From an uncultured Chloroflexia bacterium (lineage in GTDB: Bacteria; Chloroflexota; Chloroflexia; Thermomicrobiales; Thermomicrobiaceae): a DNA stretch of 64,000 nucleotides. The notes beneath the pieces were generated by a model. The model saw nothing but the letters and a program-made list of their open reading frames with translations, made no database searches and had not been told where the DNA came from. The stretch lies in NCBI GenBank assembly GCA_963713965.1, contig OY970217.1:526761-590760 (forward strand). Direction: 5' to 3'. Shown piece by piece: positions 60,097 to 64,000 of the stretch; the stretch's first letter is position 1, and the number at the start of each line of letters is the position of its first letter. A program made the position numbers and the translations under genes.

Positions 60097-61314
60097 TCAG
60101 GCTTCAGCGTCCTCGAGTCCTCGGCGGCGGCGAGCGATAACGCGAAGCTGTTCGAGGACTCGCTGGCGGTCGTTCTGGTAGTCGACGTCCGAGATCGTCC
60201 CTTCGGCATGGCGTTCATCCAGCTGGTTGAGCTGCGCGGCGAGCGCCAGTCGCTCGTCGTCGAACCCGCCAGTACCGCCGGCGGCCGCCACGACCGGCGC
60301 CACGGTCACTCCGGCGTACATCGGCGTCGTCGAGCGCATGGCCCGGCGCCGTAGCGCGAGAAAGACGAGTGCGCCCGCCAGAATCACACCTACCGCGGCC
60401 GCGATCGCGGCGTAGATTGGTCCGCGGCTAGAGTCACCACTGGATCCGGCCTTAGGCAGTCCCAGGATCTGCACCGAGAGCGTGTCCCCGACGATCGGCT
60501 TGTCGACCGACAAAACGTGGTACTTGTCCCCACTTACATCGACCAGACCGGCGTCATTGAAGACGGACGAGCTGAGGTCAAAAGAGCCGTCCTTCACCAG
60601 GAATCGCTCGGTTCCTGTCGTCATCGCCGTGCCGATTGTGATCGTCTTGGTCGTACCTGTATACGGCACTTCGTAGGAGATCAGCGCCGTCTGACTTCCC
60701 GGAATGATAGCGCCAGTCGTGACCAGCGTTCCGCCATCGATTTTGGCGTCACCGAAGTCAAATCCGGGTTGGGGCGTAATCTGGGCGGAGCTGTCCGGAA
60801 GTCCGAGCCGAAGCACAACGCCGTCCTTGCCAACGAAGGTGTGATCGGTCTTATTGTCGATGGCCAGGATCTCAAACAGGCTCACCAGGCGCTGACCGGC
60901 GTCCGCACCGGCGACCACGATGCTACGCGACGTCAGAGTGATGGTCGCTGGATCGGTGGAAGGCTCATAGACCTTGACAGCGTCCTTTTTGCCAGCATCC
61001 TGGGGCATCAACAGCATCGTGCCCGGATAGTCGACGTTCTTGTAGCTGACTCGTGCGATGTACGCCTGACCGTCGACCGCTGGGACGTTGGAGAAAGAGT
61101 AGTTCCCGTTGCTGTCCGTCTTCCCGGTGAAGGATTTTGCCAGATCCATCCCCTGATACTGATCGAGCGTCACCGTGAGACCGGCGACATCGCCACCGTT
61201 CGACGTGGCGTTTTGGACCGTACCGGAGATGGTGACAGTCGAGTCAGCTGATGCCGAGATCGGGATCGCCAGCATCACAAGGACGAATATCAGGACAATC
61301 GCGCGACGAACCAT
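60097..61314 (-). CDS. secreted CarboxypepD_reg-like domain protein with a C-terminal TM anchor and a cytoplasmic SHOCT-like helix pair
   Basis: Start moved to the ATG at 61314 (MVRRAIVLIF signal peptide). Motifs: ISGTVQNATSNGGDVAGLTVTL, TM helix IYAAIAAAVGVILAGALVFLAL, and tail EGTISDVDYQNDRQRVLEQL. Confidence 0.7.
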   Translation of the reverse strand: MVRRAIVLIFVLVMLAIPISASADSTVTISGTVQNATSNGGDVAGLTVTLDQYQGMDLAKSFTGKTDSNGNYSFSNVPAVDGQAYIARVSYKNVDYPGTMLLMPQDAGKKDAVKVYEPSTDPATITLTSRSIVVAGADAGQRLVSLFEILAIDNKTDHTFVGKDGVVLRLGLPDSSAQITPQPGFDFGDAKIDGGTLVTTGAIIPGSQTALISYEVPYTGTTKTITIGTAMTTGTERFLVKDGSFDLSSSVFNDAGLVDVSGDKYHVLSVDKPIVGDTLSVQILGLPKAGSSGDSSRGPIYAAIAAAVGVILAGALVFLALRRRAMRSTTPMYAGVTVAPVVAAAGGTGGFDDERLALAAQLNQLDERHAEGTISDVDYQNDRQRVLEQLRVIARRRRGLEDAEA

Positions 61315-61461
61315 GAGCGTGGGACCCCTCGATTGGACAGCAGAATTGGCCCACCCACGTGGGTCAGCGGACATAGTGTATCAGGTCGCCTGAAGTCTTC
61401 CGTACGGCAAATTATGACATTTCGGCCGGGATTTGCTCCACGCGATGGGTTGGTCCAGCTG

Positions 61462-62799
61462 TCAATTGGCGCTTGCCATCATCTGTTTTTCGGCCGCAAC
61501 CGAGTACGCGCGATCGAGAACCTCGATCAAATGCATAACAGGCCGATCGTCTCCACGACCGCGCAGTCCCGACGACAGCTGGAGCATGCACCCGGGATTC
61601 GCCGAGACGATCACTTCGGCACCGGTCGAGAGGGCGTTTCCCAGCTTCCGCTCGAGCAACTGCTGGGACATCTCCGGTTGCAGAAGGTTGTAAACGCCCG
61701 CGCTGCCGCAACAGAGTGACGATTCGGGCATCTCAAGCAGAGTCAAGCCTGGAATAGCCGCGAGGAGCGCACGCGGCTGCCGCGTCACTCGTTGCGCGTG
61801 CGCCAGATGACACGGCTCCTGATACGTCACGCGCCAGTCGAGACGCCCCGGGTGGGCAGAAAGCCCCTGGTCACCCAGAAACTCGACGACGTCCTTGACG
61901 CGCTCGGAGAATGCCTGAGCTCGCTCGGCGTAGTCGGCGTCGTCCTTCAGCAGATGCCCATATTCCTTGAGCGCCGCTCCGCAGCCAGCTGCGTTGACGA
62001 TCACGGCGTCGAACCCATCGAGGTGGAACGCATCGACGTTTCGACGAGCGAGTTCTCGGCCGCCTTTCGGTTCGCCAGCGTGCACGTGGAGCGCGCCGCA
62101 ACATCCCTGCTCCGAAACCAGCGTGACGTCGAATCCATTGAGCGTGAGGACACGGATGGTCGCCTCGTGAACGTCGGCGTAGGCGGTGCTCATGATGCAG
62201 CCGGTAAACAGGGCCACGTGACCACGGCGTTCACCTCTGGCATCGATTGTCTCCCCATGCGGCACCATGAAGCGACCACTCAGCTCCGGCATCATTTTCT
62301 CGGTCTCGGCCAGACCGACAAGATTGAGTACCTTCGAGCGTCGCACGGCACTCTGCACGCCTGAGCGTTGATAGAGCTTCAGCGCGTGGCTTGCCACGCG
62401 GAAGCGGCGCATGTCTGAGAAGAGGAAGTTAAACGCGGCGGCCCTGGTCGCCCGTTCCTTGGGCGGCACCTCTCGATGCGACTCGATCTGCGCTCGAGAC
62501 GCCTCGAGGATCTCGCCGTAGTGCACGCCGGACGGGCAAACCGCCTCACAGGCCCGGCAGTTGAGGCAGAGAGACATCTCTTCCTCGAAGATCGGATCGA
62601 GGAGCTCCAGCTTGCCCGTGCTGACCTGCTTCATCAGCCAGATCCGCCCGCGCGGCGACGATCGCTCGCGCTGGGTGATGCGATAAGTCGGACAAGACGA
62701 AAGGCAGAATCCACAATGGACACATGAACGAATAACGTCAACGTCCGGGACGTCCGGCCCATTGAAGTTGTTTACGATGTCGAATTCCTCGACGATCAC
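61462..62799 (-). CDS. glcF: glycolate oxidase iron-sulfur subunit
   Basis: Two ferredoxin motifs (CVHCGFCLSSCP, CLNCRACEAVCP) plus two CCG domains. Confidence 0.88.
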   Translation of the reverse strand: MIVEEFDIVNNFNGPDVPDVDVIRSCVHCGFCLSSCPTYRITQRERSSPRGRIWLMKQVSTGKLELLDPIFEEEMSLCLNCRACEAVCPSGVHYGEILEASRAQIESHREVPPKERATRAAAFNFLFSDMRRFRVASHALKLYQRSGVQSAVRRSKVLNLVGLAETEKMMPELSGRFMVPHGETIDARGERRGHVALFTGCIMSTAYADVHEATIRVLTLNGFDVTLVSEQGCCGALHVHAGEPKGGRELARRNVDAFHLDGFDAVIVNAAGCGAALKEYGHLLKDDADYAERAQAFSERVKDVVEFLGDQGLSAHPGRLDWRVTYQEPCHLAHAQRVTRQPRALLAAIPGLTLLEMPESSLCCGSAGVYNLLQPEMSQQLLERKLGNALSTGAEVIVSANPGCMLQLSSGLRGRGDDRPVMHLIEVLDRAYSVAAEKQMMASAN

Positions 62800-62841
62800 T
62801 CGACGACCTCTCTAAGGTTTCAGTGTTTGAACGACGTGTCG

Positions 62842-64000
62842 CTACAGACGTCCGATGAACCGACCTCGGTTAAGCGTTCGTGACGGATCAAACTGCTCCT
62901 TGAGCGATTGCATCACGGCGAAACCAGCGGGCTCTGATCCGAACACGTCGGTGTTTCTCTTCACATCTGCTGGTGCCGACAGCAGCGTCGCGTGTTGTCC
63001 AAGTCCGCTGAGCGCATTCCAAGCTGTAGGCAACGTATCAGCGCCAACGCCTCTATCTGTGAGTCGGACAAACATCTGACCGTTGCCAAGATCCGCCGTG
63101 ATGGCGCGCTCGAGAGACGATTCTTCGCCAATCGAGTTCACGCAATCCAGCACGTCCATCGCAGTCGACGGTTGGATACCGATGCGTACATTGATCGTCG
63201 CGGAGTCCGTCATGGCGGAAAGACACCGATTGACGTCGTTCCAGACGCGCGCACTCTCGTCATCGTCAAGCATGGTAGATCCGGCCGAAGCCCCGCCAGC
63301 GAGTTCCAACAATCGCTCAGCCTGGCGTCTCACGGCTCCCTCAGGCCCGTCAGCGCGCAAGAGGAGCGACATGCAAGCTGGATCGAGGCCCGCCGCGGTT
63401 GACCATGCCTCGTCGATCGCCACGATGGAGGACGGGGTGAGCGGAGACTCTCGCACGCGCATGGCCGCATCCATCGCTGATCGGGCGTTATCGAATTGCA
63501 AAACCACGGTGCGCGTGGCTCGTGGCGCGGGAATCACCTTGAAGTTGAGCCGCAGAATGACTCCGAGCGATCCGATTGCACCGTAGTGCAGGCGCATCAT
63601 GTCGTAGCCAGAAACGTTCTTCACCACCATGCCACCGCCGCGCGAAATCTCACCTCTTGGCGACACAGTGGTAATGCCGATCACCAGATCGCGCATCGCA
63701 CCGTAGCCAAAGCGGCTCGGGCCGGAGACACCCGTTGCAAACAACCCACCGATGGTCGCCTGCGCCGGATCAGCGGCATCGAACGGCAGCATCTGCCCGT
63801 TCTTTGCCAGGAGCGAGGTGAGATCAGCCATCCGGCAACCAGCTTGCACAGCAATCGTCAAGTCGTCGGGCTCGTAGCTTACGACCTGGTTCAGAGCAGT
63901 CAGATCGAGCGCCAGTGCCGGGGATTCAGGCAGGTTACCGAGGCCCATCATGCTGCCACCACCCCAGGGAACGACAACAGTCCCCGCGTCATCTGCGCCC
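62842..64000 (-). CDS. glcE: glycolate oxidase FAD-binding subunit, N-terminus beyond the right edge
   Basis: The frame stays open up to position 64000 (...DDAGTVVVPWGGGSMMGLGN). It has an FAD_binding_4-type fold and lies upstream of glcF. Confidence 0.8.
   Translation of the reverse strand, partial: GADDAGTVVVPWGGGSMMGLGNLPESPALALDLTALNQVVSYEPDDLTIAVQAGCRMADLTSLLAKNGQMLPFDAADPAQATIGGLFATGVSGPSRFGYGAMRDLVIGITTVSPRGEISRGGGMVVKNVSGYDMMRLHYGAIGSLGVILRLNFKVIPAPRATRTVVLQFDNARSAMDAAMRVRESPLTPSSIVAIDEAWSTAAGLDPACMSLLLRADGPEGAVRRQAERLLELAGGASAGSTMLDDDESARVWNDVNRCLSAMTDSATINVRIGIQPSTAMDVLDCVNSIGEESSLERAITADLGNGQMFVRLTDRGVGADTLPTAWNALSGLGQHATLLSAPADVKRNTDVFGSEPAGFAVMQSLKEQFDPSRTLNRGRFIGRL

Overview
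This is a GC-rich (judged by eye, not computed) bacterial chromosomal window made up mostly of core genes. From 1 to 18.9 kb the minus strand carries rpoB-rpoC, then rpsL and rpsG-fusA-tuf. These run straight into the S10/spc ribosomal-protein cluster: rpsJ-rplC-rplD-rplW-rplB-rpsS-rplV-rpsC-rplP-rpmC-rpsQ-rplN-rplX plus the first 34 codons of rplE. From 19 to 64 kb there is a mix of housekeeping and accessory genes. In map order these are: DUF2085, coaBC, an eRF1-like protein plus a lipid kinase, rodZ, miaB, a TPR/polyacidic protein, a DUF62 SAM hydrolase, mobA, a SWIM mini-protein, darA, a creatininase-like protein, an MBL hydrolase and a secreted polysaccharide deacetylase. Then come a CapA-like lipoprotein, a TPP enzyme, threonine dehydratase, rho, glpX, an exonuclease-DinG, an M20 peptidase, sdhCDAB, a Bacillus-type long SRP RNA and a FabL-like SDR. 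The window ends with a GAF-GAF-HisKA_2 kinase, a HerA-like ATPase plus Mre11/SbcD-like nuclease, an S9 peptidase, a CarboxypepD_reg membrane protein, glcF and most of glcE, which runs off the right edge. Several near-consensus sigma70-type promoters (TTGACA-N16/17-TAnnnT) and intrinsic terminators can be read directly from the sequence. I recognised no rRNA, tRNA, CRISPR array, transposase or integrase. The lineage is a guess only: the long SRP RNA, DarA, DnaQ-DinG fusion and YFERARFE-type repeats suggest a Chloroflexota/Thermomicrobia-like or related monoderm-type organism. The best candidates for something new are: (1) the HerA-like ATPase + Mre11/SbcD nuclease cassette with no Rad50/SbcC/NurA; (2) the bacterial eRF1/Pelota-like protein with a zinc ribbon; (3) a strongly promoted leader with a 12-codon uORF and intrinsic terminator upstream of the SWIM gene; (4) a long disordered protein flanked by two copies of an unassigned Cys4 module next to rodZ. 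All family assignments come from motif recognition by eye; no database search was run.
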